Source: an uncultured Phycisphaerae bacterium
GTDB lineage: Bacteria; Planctomycetota; Phycisphaerae; UBA1845; DATKUK01
Assembly (NCBI GenBank): GCA_965602375.1
Contig: CBFCZG010000001.1
Coordinates: 1 to 47,464, forward strand
Direction of reading: 5' to 3'
Length of the DNA: 47,464 nucleotides
Of this stretch, positions 26,525 to 35,542 are shown piece after piece. The translations under genes were made by a program, and so were the position numbers. Under the pieces are notes generated by a model that made no database searches, was not told where the DNA came from, and was given only the letters and a program-made list of their open reading frames with translations. Each line of letters opens with the position of its first letter. Position 1 is the first letter of the stretch.

Positions 26525-27139
26525 CTAGCTGGGCGGCATGGGTGCGGACGGGCGCTGCTCCGAGGGCTTGGCGTTGGCCGCACGACGGCGTGAGGGCCGC
26601 TGCGAGCGCCCGGCGTCGGCTCGTTGACTGGCACGCGGGATGGCGATGAGGCCGGTGCGCGCCAACTGTTGAATACCGTACGGTCTGCACAGTTCGATGA
26701 AGGCTTCGACCTTCTCTTCGGAACCGGTGAGTTGAACGATGACGCTGCGGGACGCCACGTCGACGATCGAGCCGCGGAAGACCTCTGTAATCTGTCGTAT
26801 CTCGCCGCGCCGCTCGGGCGGGCAGTGAACCTGGATCAGAAGCAGATCGCGGTGCACACAGCTCTGCTCGGTCAGGTCGCGCACCTTGACGGTGGTAACG
26901 ATCTTGCCGAGCTGTTTGCGAACCTGCTCCAGCGTGGGCTCGTCGCCGCTCGTGACCAGCACGACCCTCGACAGCGCGGGGTCTTCGGTCCGGCCGACGA
27001 CGAGCGAATCGATGTTGAAGCCCCGCGATGCGAACATGCCGGCGATGTGGGCCAGCACGCCGGGCCGGTTCTGCACCAGTACATTGAGCACGTGCTTGCG
27101 GTCTCTCGCCTCCATGCCGGTTCCATTCACTCGTGACAT
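26525..27139 (-). CDS. ilvN: Acetolactate synthase small (regulatory) subunit
   Basis: ACT domain HVLNVLVQNRPGVLAHIAGMFASRGFNIDSLVVGRTEDP...EQVRKQLGKIVTTVKV. It lies 21 nt downstream of the ilvB stop with GGGAGAG before the ATG. It carries a basic Pro/Arg-rich C-terminal tail. Confidence 0.9.
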   Translation of the reverse strand: MSRVNGTGMEARDRKHVLNVLVQNRPGVLAHIAGMFASRGFNIDSLVVGRTEDPALSRVVLVTSGDEPTLEQVRKQLGKIVTTVKVRDLTEQSCVHRDLLLIQVHCPPERRGEIRQITEVFRGSIVDVASRSVIVQLTGSEEKVEAFIELCRPYGIQQLARTGLIAIPRASQRADAGRSQRPSRRRAANAKPSEQRPSAPMPPS

Positions 27140-27160
27140 GGTTTGCTCTCCCGGCGTCCG

Positions 27161-28882
27161 TCAGGCCAGTCCGCCCAGTTCCATTTCGTCCAGGCTTTTG
27201 CCCACAGCCACCATAGGATAGACATTCTCCTCCGGCTCGACGTGGAAGTCGGCCACGACACAGCCTTCGGTTTCGAGCAGCTGACGGACGCCGTCGGGCA
27301 CGTCCGCCTTCTCGGTTATCCGCAGCCCCTTGGCGCCGAAGGCGTCGGCCAATCCGGCGAAATCGGGGTTCTGCATTCTTGTGGCCGAATAGCGCTTGTT
27401 GAAGAACAACTCCTGCCACTGCCTGACCATGCCTTGGAAGCGGTTGTTCAGCAATACGACCTTGACGGGCAGCTTCTGTTCCACGGCCGTCGCCAGTTCG
27501 GGCAAGGTCATCGTGAAACTGCCGTCGCCGTCGATGTCCACCACCGTCCGGTCCGGCTGACCCACCTGGGCGCCGATGGCCGCCGGCAGGCCGAAGCCCA
27601 TCGTTCCCAGACCGCCGGAGGTGATCATCTGGCGCGGGAATCGCCAACGGTAGTACTGGGCGGCCCACATCTGATGCTGTCCGACGCCCGTGGCGATGAT
27701 CGCCTGGCTCTCGGTCCGCCGGCACACCTCCTCGATCACGTATTGTGGCTTAATGTTCGTGCCCTTCGAATCGTAGCTGAACGGGTATTGCTTCCGCCAG
27801 GCGTCGATCCGCGCAAACCATTCGCTGCGCTCGCGACGCTCGATCTCGCCGAGCAACTCCGAAAGGATTGTCCTGGCGTCGCCGACCACGGGGACGTCGA
27901 CGTCGACGCTTTTGCTGATGCTCGCCGGATCGACGTCGATGTGGATGATGGTGGCGTGAGGAGCGAAGGTCTCGATGCGCCCGGTCACGCGGTCATCGAA
28001 CCTCGCGCCCACGGCGATCAGGACGTCGCAGTTCTGCACGGCATAGTTGGCGTACACGCTGCCGTGCATGCCCAGCATGTGCAGCGCCAGATCGGGGTCG
28101 CCCACCTCGTCGAAGGCACCCAGGCCCAGCAAGGTCGTCGTCACGGGTATGTTGCCCTTGCGGGCGAGCTGTCGCACCTCATCACTGGCGCCGGCGAGCA
28201 CCACGCCGCCACCCACATAGAGCACCGGCCGTTCGGCGCGGTTGATGTGGTCGGCGGCCAGACCGATCTGGCGGGCGTGCCCGTGAACGCGCGGGCGATA
28301 GCCCGGCAGGTCCATCTCGACGTTCTCGGCGACCTCCAATGGAGCGACCTGAACGTCCTTCGGCAGATCGACGAGCACGGGCCCGGGCCGCCCCGTCCGG
28401 GCGACATAGAACGCTTCCTTGACGATCCGTGGCAGGTCACTGGCGCGACTGACCAAGACGTTGTGCTTGGTAACCGGACGGGTCACGCCGATGACGTCGG
28501 CCTCCTGGAACGCGTCGTTGCCGATGGCCGACGTGGGAACCTGGCCGGTGAACGCCACCACCGGGATGCTGTCCATGTATGCCGTGGCCAGGGCCGTCGT
28601 CAGGTTGGTCGCACCGGGGCCGCTGGTGGCCACGCACACTCCGACTTTCCCCGTGGCGCGGGCGTAGCCGTCGGCCATGTGACCGGCGCCCTGCTCGTGC
28701 CGGCAGAGAACAAACCGGATGGGTGCGTCGTACAGCCTGTCAAAAAACGGCAGGATCGCGCCACCGGAGTAACCGAACATCACCTCCACGCCCTCCTGCA
28801 AGAGCGTGTCGACGAAGGCCTGTGCTCCGGTATAGGTCTGCCGGGTGGCAGTAGATGGGGAACTCCCCGCGCGGCTGGCCAT
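27161..28882 (-). CDS. ilvB: Acetolactate synthase large (catalytic) subunit
   Basis: FGYSGGAILP, ATSGPGATNL, GARFDDRVTG, GLGTMGFGLPAAIGA and GMVRQWQ. Trimmed to ATG 28882 (MASRAGS...), which is preceded by GGAAAGGA with a 7-nt spacer. Confidence 0.93.
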   Translation of the reverse strand: MASRAGSSPSTATRQTYTGAQAFVDTLLQEGVEVMFGYSGGAILPFFDRLYDAPIRFVLCRHEQGAGHMADGYARATGKVGVCVATSGPGATNLTTALATAYMDSIPVVAFTGQVPTSAIGNDAFQEADVIGVTRPVTKHNVLVSRASDLPRIVKEAFYVARTGRPGPVLVDLPKDVQVAPLEVAENVEMDLPGYRPRVHGHARQIGLAADHINRAERPVLYVGGGVVLAGASDEVRQLARKGNIPVTTTLLGLGAFDEVGDPDLALHMLGMHGSVYANYAVQNCDVLIAVGARFDDRVTGRIETFAPHATIIHIDVDPASISKSVDVDVPVVGDARTILSELLGEIERRERSEWFARIDAWRKQYPFSYDSKGTNIKPQYVIEEVCRRTESQAIIATGVGQHQMWAAQYYRWRFPRQMITSGGLGTMGFGLPAAIGAQVGQPDRTVVDIDGDGSFTMTLPELATAVEQKLPVKVVLLNNRFQGMVRQWQELFFNKRYSATRMQNPDFAGLADAFGAKGLRITEKADVPDGVRQLLETEGCVVADFHVEPEENVYPMVAVGKSLDEMELGGLA

Positions 28883-29018
28883 GGTTTTATCCTTTCCAAT
28901 AGGTTGCCATGACTGTCGACGGCCCGGACGCCACCGCTGGCGACCGAACCGGGCGGACACCGGGTAAGTGTTCGAACCGGCCCGCAATTTGCTGGCCGGC
29001 CCGTCCCGCCTTCACACT

Positions 29019-29074
29019 ATCATAGGTCGCGTCGCGACCGTTGACAGGCTACTCTCGCCGGTTACATCGGTCAA
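29019..29074 (-). promoter_or_regulatory. Two overlapping candidate promoters for ilvBN
   Basis: On the minus strand: TTGACC (29074-29069)-N17-TAGCCT (29051-29046), and CTGTCA (29047-29042)-N17-TATGAT (29024-29019). Either would give a leader of about 130-155 nt. Confidence 0.3.
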
Positions 29075-29280
29075 GTTGCCCCCCGGGAACACTCAGAATC
29101 GGGCAGATGGGGCAGAGCACCATCGGAGCCGTAGCCCGAGCGGGTTGGGTCGACATCGACTGCCCCCCGCAGACACACCGCGCCTGCCGACCTTCAAGCG
29201 GACGTGCAGTACGCGCCGGCCTCTTGCCGTCGGATAAGGCGATGCGCCAACCGCGCAACGCCGTCGGCGGGCCTCGTCCG

Positions 29281-29913
29281 CTAGAAGATCCCAGCGGAGA
29301 ACTCGTCGTCGCTCTTGGCAGGCTCGGACGGTTCTTCGCCTTCGGCAGGCTCGGGCGGTTCTTCGCCTTCGGCCGGCTCGGACTTCTCCTCGGTCTGCTC
29401 AGGCGGAGGCGGCGCCGCGGACGGTTTGGAGGCCTGGCGAGCGGCGCCGCGGTCGCGCTTCAAGTCGGCCACCAGCTCCTCGTAATCGGACCCCTCGTAA
29501 TCGTCCTCGTCAAGCCTTGGGGGCCTGTAGCCGGGCTCCTTGGCTCGTTCCGTCTCCTGTTCGTACGCTTCAACGATGGCGTTCTGAATCCGCTCGCGAC
29601 AGCGTGCGTTGATCGGGTGAGCCACGTCCGCGTGCAGTTTGGTGCGCCCGGCCGAGTCCCGGCCCGCTCGGTTCTCGTTGAGCTTGGCGCCACACTCATT
29701 GCAGAACTTGGCGCGAAGGTGATTCTTCGAGCGGCACTTGGGACACCGATCGGTAAGCTTCCGCGAGGGCATGGCCACGAAGAGGCCGTTGGTGCCCTCG
29801 ATGATCTTCAGGTCGCGCACAACGTACTCGCCGTCGAACGTGACGCTGCAGAACGCCCGGAGTCGCTCGGTGTTGTCCTGTACCAGTTTGACCCGTACCT
29901 CGGTGATCTCCAT
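29281..29913 (-). CDS. spoVG: SpoVG-family protein with internal zinc-ribbon insertion and acidic repeat tail
   Basis: [10 protein letters not shown]...[36 protein letters not shown] and ...[21 protein letters not shown] are canonical SpoVG. AGGAG precedes ATG 29913. Between the two halves sits [19 protein letters not shown]. Confidence 0.88.
   Translation of the reverse strand: MEITEVRVKLVQDNTERLRAFCSVTFDGEYVVRDLKIIEGTNGLFVAMPSRKLTDRCPKCRSKNHLRAKFCNECGAKLNENRAGRDSAGRTKLHADVAHPINARCRERIQNAIVEAYEQETERAKEPGYRPPRLDEDDYEGSDYEELVADLKRDRGAARQASKPSAAPPPPEQTEEKSEPAEGEEPPEPAEGEEPSEPAKSDDEFSAGIF
29317..29390. repeat. In-frame 27-bp tandem repeat (2 full copies plus a partial one) inside the spoVG 3' end
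   Basis: Copies at 29317-29343 and 29344-29370 differ at 1 position. A degenerate third copy follows. The repeat encodes the (E)GEEP(P/S)EPA repeats. Confidence 0.8.
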
Positions 29914-29938
29914 GGTGATCTCCTGTGAAACCAAAGTG

Positions 29939-30826
29939 CTATCGCCACCCAAAGTAACGACCGACATAGGTAGCCATTTGCAGCTTCTCCGCAATTCGAT
30001 CGGCCCACTGCCGGGCTTCCTCACTGTCAGCCAGCAACACAAACATCGTCGACCCGCTGCCACTAAGATGGACGGTGCCTAGGCCCGACCGCTCCAGCCG
30101 CCTGCGAATCGACGCCAACGCCGGACACACTCTCTCTGCCGCAGGCCGCAGGCTATTGTAGCAGCAATTAATGAGTTGGTGCACCGATGCGGGAGGTTTT
30201 TCCCACGCGTTCTCTGACGGACGAGCCCGGGCGTCGCAAGTCCTGAAAGCGCCATAGACCTCTGCCGTGGAAATCTGCAACGGCGGCATGATCAGCAGCA
30301 CACACCCAGGCGGCTGATAGGACAACGGCTGCACCGTTTCGCCTCGACCGGTGATCAGGGCCGTTCCGCACCGCAGGAAGAAGGGAACATCCGACCCCAG
30401 TTCGGCCGCGATTTGCGACAGGACCGCCAGGTCCGATTGAAGTTGCCACCACGTCGCCAGCAGCAGCAGCGTAGCGGCGGCGTCGGAGCTGCCGCCGCCC
30501 AGCCCCGCACCAGGGGGAATGGTCTTCGCCAGCCGCAGCCGAACGGCTGGTTCGATCTGGTACCTCCGGGCCAGCAGTTCCGCTGCCCGCCAGACGAGGT
30601 TGGACCGATCGCTGGGCACCCGACCATCGGTGCACGTCAGGTCCAGGCCCGGTTCGGGACGTGGCTGGGCCTCCAACTCGTCGCACAGGTCGACGGCCGT
30701 TACGACGGAATGGAGTTCATGGTAACCATCGGGCCGCCGTCCGAGGATGTCGAGAGTGAGGTTGATTTTCGCTGGTGCTGTGATTCTCACGATGCTACTG
30801 CCAAAGCTAGGCCTGCCAGCGGCCAC
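29939..30826 (-). CDS. ispE: 4-diphosphocytidyl-2-C-methyl-D-erythritol kinase
   Basis: [22 protein letters not shown] and the GHMP motif [16 protein letters not shown]. Confidence 0.9.
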   Translation of the reverse strand: MAAGRPSFGSSIVRITAPAKINLTLDILGRRPDGYHELHSVVTAVDLCDELEAQPRPEPGLDLTCTDGRVPSDRSNLVWRAAELLARRYQIEPAVRLRLAKTIPPGAGLGGGSSDAAATLLLLATWWQLQSDLAVLSQIAAELGSDVPFFLRCGTALITGRGETVQPLSYQPPGCVLLIMPPLQISTAEVYGAFRTCDARARPSENAWEKPPASVHQLINCCYNSLRPAAERVCPALASIRRRLERSGLGTVHLSGSGSTMFVLLADSEEARQWADRIAEKLQMATYVGRYFGWR

Positions 30827-30967
30827 CGGAATACTAAGGGCGCGGCCGCAGCGATGCCAGCCGAGGCGCGGCAGTACGCGTGCTTTTTGGCCGGCGCCCT
30901 GCTGGACCGGAAGCGGCGGGGAGGGTACATACGGCCCATCGCGCGTCGGTCAAACGCCGTCGGTGGT

Positions 30968-31627
30968 ATGGTGAGGTGCTCGATTAGGCAGACAACGCCC
31001 AATTCGGTGGTCTCCGGCACGCGCGTGCGGCGGTGGCACCTGCATCGCCGGCTCTACGACTGGGTGCTGCACTGGGCGGATACGCCCTACGGCACGCCGG
31101 CCCTTTTCTGCCTGGCATTCGCCGAATCGAGCTTCTTTCCTGTGCCGCCGGACGTGTTGCTGATCGCCCTGGCGCTGGGCAGCTCGCAGAAAGCCCTGCG
31201 ATTCGCCCTGTGGTGTTCGATTGCCAGCGTCGTAGGAGGCTTGCTGGGCTACTACATCGGCTACGGCCCGCTCGCGTACGTGGGGCAGAAAATCGCCAGC
31301 TTCTACGGGCGGGAAGAGCTGCTATCGTCGCTACGGGAGGAATTCGGGCAGCGTGGCGTGCTGTGGGTCTTCCTGGCGGGCTTCACGCCAATCCCCTACA
31401 AGATCTTCACGATTGCCGCCGGCATGGCCAAAATGCATCTTGGTCTGTTTGTACTGGCTTCGGCCGTGAGCCGCTCGGCGAGATTCTTCCTGGTGGCCTG
31501 GCTGATCTGGCAGTTCGGGCCGCGGATCAAGCCGGTTATCGATCGCTACTTCAATTTGCTGTGCGTGATTTTCGCCGTATTGCTGGTTGGCGGCTTCCTG
31601 GCGATCAAGTACATTAGGGGGCACTAG
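30968..31627 (+). CDS. DedA/YqaA-family membrane protein
   Basis: FCLAFAESSFFPVPPDVLLIALAL and FTPIPYKIFTIAAG are SNARE-associated/DedA motifs. The 5' part of track ORF 30413..31627 is antisense to ispE, so I trimmed to the in-frame ATG 30968. The exact start is uncertain. Confidence 0.78.
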   Translation: MVRCSIRQTTPNSVVSGTRVRRWHLHRRLYDWVLHWADTPYGTPALFCLAFAESSFFPVPPDVLLIALALGSSQKALRFALWCSIASVVGGLLGYYIGYGPLAYVGQKIASFYGREELLSSLREEFGQRGVLWVFLAGFTPIPYKIFTIAAGMAKMHLGLFVLASAVSRSARFFLVAWLIWQFGPRIKPVIDRYFNLLCVIFAVLLVGGFLAIKYIRGH

Positions 31628-31718
31628 GAACCGAGACCCCGACGTCCGTCTCGTCGTGCTGACGGGTGGCGGGCACGCCCGGTACCGACCATTTCTGCTT
31701 GAGCGAAGGGCGGATAGC

Positions 31719-32285
31719 ATGAACGACCCGCAACGCGCTCGGATGCTGCAACTTGCCCGCGAGACTCTGCAAGCCAAACTTGCAGGGCAGCCGCTGCCTG
31801 ACGTGGCGCCCTTCGACTGCGTAGACGTGCCACATTCCGGTGCGTTCGTCACGCTGAGGAATCGCGGTCGGCTTCGTGGCTGTATCGGTACGTTCTCACC
31901 GCAGGGAACGCTGCCCGAGACGATCCGTGACATGACCAAGGCAGCGTGTGACGACCCGCGGTTCTTCGCCGATCCGGTCGGGCTTGACGAATTGGGTGAG
32001 CTGAAGATCGAGATCTCGGTTCTGTCGCCCCTGACGCCGACCGACGACCCGCTCTCACTGGAACTGGGCAAGCACGGCATCTATATCCGTCGAGGCGTGG
32101 CTGGCGGGTGCTTTCTGCCGCAGGTCGCGACCGAACTGGGGTGGGACAAGGAAACCTTTCTTTCGCAATGCTGCCGGGGTAAGGCCGGGCTTCCCGCCGA
32201 CGCCTGGAAAGACCCCGATACCGAGGTGCTGCTGTTCACCGCGGAGGTCTTCGGCGAAGAGCCGAGCGACGCGGAAGGTCGCTGA
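31719..32285 (+). CDS. AMMECR1-domain protein (AmmeMemoRadiSam system protein A type)
   Basis: GAFVTLRNRGRLRGCIGTF ... DPRF ... EISVLSPL ... HGIYIRRG...GCFLPQV are the AMMECR1 core motifs. Trimmed to ATG 31719 (MNDPQRA). Confidence 0.85.
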   Translation: MNDPQRARMLQLARETLQAKLAGQPLPDVAPFDCVDVPHSGAFVTLRNRGRLRGCIGTFSPQGTLPETIRDMTKAACDDPRFFADPVGLDELGELKIEISVLSPLTPTDDPLSLELGKHGIYIRRGVAGGCFLPQVATELGWDKETFLSQCCRGKAGLPADAWKDPDTEVLLFTAEVFGEEPSDAEGR

Positions 32286-32315
32286 GGCCGGTGGCACGCC
32301 GTCGTTCTGCTCCCA

Positions 32316-32615
32316 TCAGCCGTCGACCGTGGGCACCTGCTGGACCGCAAACACCACCGTACCCCCACCGGTATGCCGATGGGGGTCAAGGCATTGGACG
32401 TACGCCGGGCCGTCCTTGGGTCCCAGTCCCCACCGATCCGGCGTGGATACCCGCAAGGCGTTGTAGTGGGGCATGAGACTGGCCAGAGCGTGCATGCAGA
32501 CCGGCTTGGGGCTCGAGAGGCGATAACCTTCCAGCAAGCGGAACGAGTCGCCAACTTGAAAGACTGGACACGTGCCGTTGATCTGCTCGACTGTCACGAG
32601 CGTGTCACATTTCAT
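32316..32615 (-). CDS. Small Cys-containing protein, TIGR04076-like
   Basis: The pattern CPVFQVGDSF...KPVCMHALASL...YVQCLDP...GGGTVVFAV resembles the TIGR04076 family from memory. The start is set at MKCDTL; the open frame extends to 32696. Confidence 0.5.
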   Translation of the reverse strand: MKCDTLVTVEQINGTCPVFQVGDSFRLLEGYRLSSPKPVCMHALASLMPHYNALRVSTPDRWGLGPKDGPAYVQCLDPHRHTGGGTVVFAVQQVPTVDG

Positions 32616-32658
32616 GGCCTGCTCCCGCACGAAGGGCTGACAAAGCCAAACCTGTGTC

Positions 32659-33252
32659 TCAAAACGGCACGTCATCGGGATCGTACACGTTGACAATCCA
32701 ATCCGGATCGGGCTGGAAGAGCGACACCAGATAGTCCATCTGCGGGGTGAAGAGCACGATGTGGCCGTAGCAGATGTTGAGTTCTTCAGCCGCTTCGTCG
32801 CGGGGCTGCCCGAGGACGCTCATTCGCCAGATGGCCGCCGCGGCCCCGCTGCGATCGGCACCGGCCTGACAGTGCAGCCAGATTGGGTGTTCGGCCGTGG
32901 TCAGCGCTTCGTACAAAGAAAGCAGGACGGCGTTGGACGGCATGTGCGTAGCGCTCATCGGGATGTTGACGAGTTCGACGCTCAACTCGCGGCACACGCG
33001 ATCCTCATCCTGCCACCAGGGCTCGTCGGGGTTCTCGCCTCGTAGATTGATGACGGTTTTGATATCGAACGCTGCGATGACGTCGCGAAGCATGTTCTCG
33101 TCGGGTTGGCTCGACCGGTAGGCTAGATCGTCCTCGATGGCGCGCAAGTTCGCCAACGGGTACACACCATGCGGACCTGCAAAAGACCCGTCACAACCGA
33201 TCAGAGCAATTAGCAGAACCGTCGAAATCACGTGCTTGCGCGACCACACCAC
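32659..33252 (-). CDS. Protein tyrosine / dual-specificity phosphatase, probable lipoprotein
   Basis: Cys-based phosphatase P-loop HCQAGADRSG (CX5R). I propose a GTG start at 33252, which gives VVWSRKHVISTVLLIALIGCDG (a lipobox-like signal). The upstream part of the 289-aa track ORF is Pro/Arg/Gly-rich and looks non-coding. Confidence 0.72.
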   Translation of the reverse strand: MVWSRKHVISTVLLIALIGCDGSFAGPHGVYPLANLRAIEDDLAYRSSQPDENMLRDVIAAFDIKTVINLRGENPDEPWWQDEDRVCRELSVELVNIPMSATHMPSNAVLLSLYEALTTAEHPIWLHCQAGADRSGAAAAIWRMSVLGQPRDEAAEELNICYGHIVLFTPQMDYLVSLFQPDPDWIVNVYDPDDVPF

Positions 33253-33566
33253 TTCAGCACCTCTTGAGCAAAACGAGCCGGCCCTTTGGGACACAGGGCC
33301 ATTCGAACTCCAGCGATGACGCGCCCGTCGAGCTGGCTGGCCAGGGTAGCCTGCGGGGGCAGCACCGTCCAGACGGCGATTATCGGCCCCGCAGGTTGAT
33401 TGACGCGAGGCTGGGCTGCCCGGTAAGATAATATAGGTTGGGGAGGAGGCGGACTGTGCCCATATCAGGTGCTTGCCACGCGGCGTTGCTGGCAGGGGAC
33501 GACGCAGCTTCCTCGGCGGCACGGGCAAATCTCGATGCTGAGTTTTCCGGCATGTGGAGGGACGTC

Positions 33567-35417
33567 ATGCGAGTTCATGCGTACGCAATGGGTCTATCGG
33601 TGGTGCTATTTGCATCCGCGGCGGCTTTCGCTGCAACCTACCACGCCTATCCGGGCGACAACCTTCAGACGGCGATCGAGTCGCTGTCTTACGGTGACAC
33701 GCTGATCGTCCACAGCGTGGGCGGGGACGGCACGGGACGGTATGACCACTTCAGGGTGTACAACCTGCGAGGCGACAATCCCCGCACCCCCGATAACGAA
33801 TGGATCACGGTGCAGGCGGCCGATGGCGAGCCGCGGCCGGTGATCTACGGGGGTTCCTATAATCTGTACAACCTGGTGGAGTTCCGCGACTACATTGGAT
33901 ACGCAAAGATCATTGGGCTGGAGTTCGACGGCGGGTCGGATTCGATCAAGCTGCCCGGCACGTCCGGCGACCATGTCATCTTTGAAGATCTCTACATGCA
34001 CAACATCGGTAACACGGGGATCAACCTCTCCAGTTGCGGCAACGTGAGCTTCATGGAGATCCGTGGCTGCGAAATCACCGACACCGGATATGCGGGTAAC
34101 GGCGAGGGGATGTACCTCGGGACGCACGGCTACCAGGGAACTGGCGCGGGCATCCTGCGTGACTCGATTATCGAATACAACTATGTTCACCATTGTTACG
34201 GCAGCCAGGGCGACGGGATCGAGGTGAAGTACGAGTGTTATCGCAACATCGTGCGAGACAACGTCATCCACGACACTCAGTACCCGGGCATCCTGTCCCA
34301 CGGCACGGCACGGCCGACGGCGGCCGACAACAACATCCTGACCCGCAACGTAATCTGGAACAGCGGCGACAACGGCATCCAGACCCACCAGACCACCACC
34401 ATCGTCAATAACGTGGTGTTCAGCTCGAGCCGCTGCATCAACGTCGGCGAGAACACCAGCAACTCGGGCATCCTGCACGACATATACGTCTACAACAACA
34501 CCTTCTACAGCGCATCGAGCCGCACGGCGGGGTTCTACGTCAGCGGCAAGACCAACGTCGAGATTTGTAACAATCTGTTCTATCAGCCGAGTGCCGGCAG
34601 CCTCGCTGTAACCTTCGACGGAACGGTGGGTATCGTGTCGTCGGGCAATTACTACTATGGCACCACGCAGAACCTGCCCGGCGGCTTCACGGCCGGGCCC
34701 GCGCCTGCGGATGCGTTTATCAATTCGTCCACCACGCCCGGCGTGATCGATCTGTACCTCCAGGGCGGTACGGCTCTGGAGAACGCCGGCGACAACACCT
34801 ACGCCCCGGCCGACGATTTCAACGAGACGTCGCGGCCCCAGGACGGCACGGCCGAGCCCGGAGCCTACGAGATCGTCGGGGCGAGCAATCCGGGCTGGCA
34901 GATCGACGAGGAGTTCAAGACACGGCTGGTGCAGCCGGCGTTGGTGTCCAGCGAGCCGCCGGCCGACGGTACCCTGCCCAAGACCCAGAACAACGTGATC
35001 CTTCTCACGTTCGACGCGCCCGTCACGCTGCCGGCCGGCGACGCCCTGGTCATCGTCGAGATGGGCGGCGGGCCGGACGTGAGCAGCGCGTTTGCCTATC
35101 AGCTCGACCCGAACGATCCAAACGGTCTGACCCTCAAGGCCACCGAGAGCGGTGCGCAGTTGACCAATCTGACGTGGTACCAGGTCTCGCCCGCTGCGGG
35201 CCTGGCGGTCGATCCGTTCACGCTCGATGTGTGTGCGCTGTTTGGCGACGCCAACGACAGCGCTCGGGTCACGACGGCCGACTACAGCGAAGTCAAAGCC
35301 CACATGGGCGAGTATACCGACGCCCGCTACGACCTGGACGGCAGCGGCCGCATCACCACCGCCGACTACAGCGTCGTCAAGGCGCATATGGGTGACCGTG
35401 CCCCGACCAAGCCATAG
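33567..35417 (+). CDS. Secreted right-handed parallel beta-helix protein with C-terminal dockerin-like repeats
   Basis: Signal peptide (MRVHAYAMGLSVVLFASAAAFA). Repeated N.I..N / GI...... beta-helix rungs (NIGNTGINLSS, IRDNVIHD, ILTRNVIWNSGDNGI, IVNNVVF). The C-terminal duplicated segment (DANDSARVTTADYSEVKAHMG / DLDGSGRITTADYSVVKAHMG) is a dockerin-type Ca-binding pair. Confidence 0.8.
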   Translation: MRVHAYAMGLSVVLFASAAAFAATYHAYPGDNLQTAIESLSYGDTLIVHSVGGDGTGRYDHFRVYNLRGDNPRTPDNEWITVQAADGEPRPVIYGGSYNLYNLVEFRDYIGYAKIIGLEFDGGSDSIKLPGTSGDHVIFEDLYMHNIGNTGINLSSCGNVSFMEIRGCEITDTGYAGNGEGMYLGTHGYQGTGAGILRDSIIEYNYVHHCYGSQGDGIEVKYECYRNIVRDNVIHDTQYPGILSHGTARPTAADNNILTRNVIWNSGDNGIQTHQTTTIVNNVVFSSSRCINVGENTSNSGILHDIYVYNNTFYSASSRTAGFYVSGKTNVEICNNLFYQPSAGSLAVTFDGTVGIVSSGNYYYGTTQNLPGGFTAGPAPADAFINSSTTPGVIDLYLQGGTALENAGDNTYAPADDFNETSRPQDGTAEPGAYEIVGASNPGWQIDEEFKTRLVQPALVSSEPPADGTLPKTQNNVILLTFDAPVTLPAGDALVIVEMGGGPDVSSAFAYQLDPNDPNGLTLKATESGAQLTNLTWYQVSPAAGLAVDPFTLDVCALFGDANDSARVTTADYSEVKAHMGEYTDARYDLDGSGRITTADYSVVKAHMGDRAPTKP

Positions 35418-35542
35418 ATCGTAACGTTGGAAGTGGGTACATCACGGCCCGGTGCGTTGCCCCGGCGGCGCGGGGCGCGGGGGGCCTGGCTTTTCACAGG
35501 CCTGTGCCACCGACCGGCAAGCCCTGTGCGTAGCAGCCTCAG

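Noticed and set aside
26490-27725. 411-aa minus-strand ORF
   Set aside because: It is an out-of-frame overlap of ilvN and the ilvB 3' end. The Arg/Gly/Pro-rich translation is implausible, while the other frame gives canonical IlvN and IlvB.
27143-28912. 589-aa plus-strand ORF
   Set aside because: It is exactly antisense to an unmistakable AHAS large subunit (ilvB). Its translation is Arg/Gly/His/Asp-rich with no recognisable motifs. This is a typical shadow ORF of GC-rich DNA.
28883-29045. Classical leader-peptide attenuator or T-box for ilvBN
   Set aside because: There is no Val/Leu/Ile-rich leader ORF, no hairpin followed by a T-tract, and no T-box specifier or antiterminator sequence visible.
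33606-35387. 593-aa minus-strand ORF
   Set aside because: It is antisense to the beta-helix/dockerin protein, which has a signal peptide, rung repeats and dockerin repeats. The antisense translation is Arg/Val/Asp/Gly noise.
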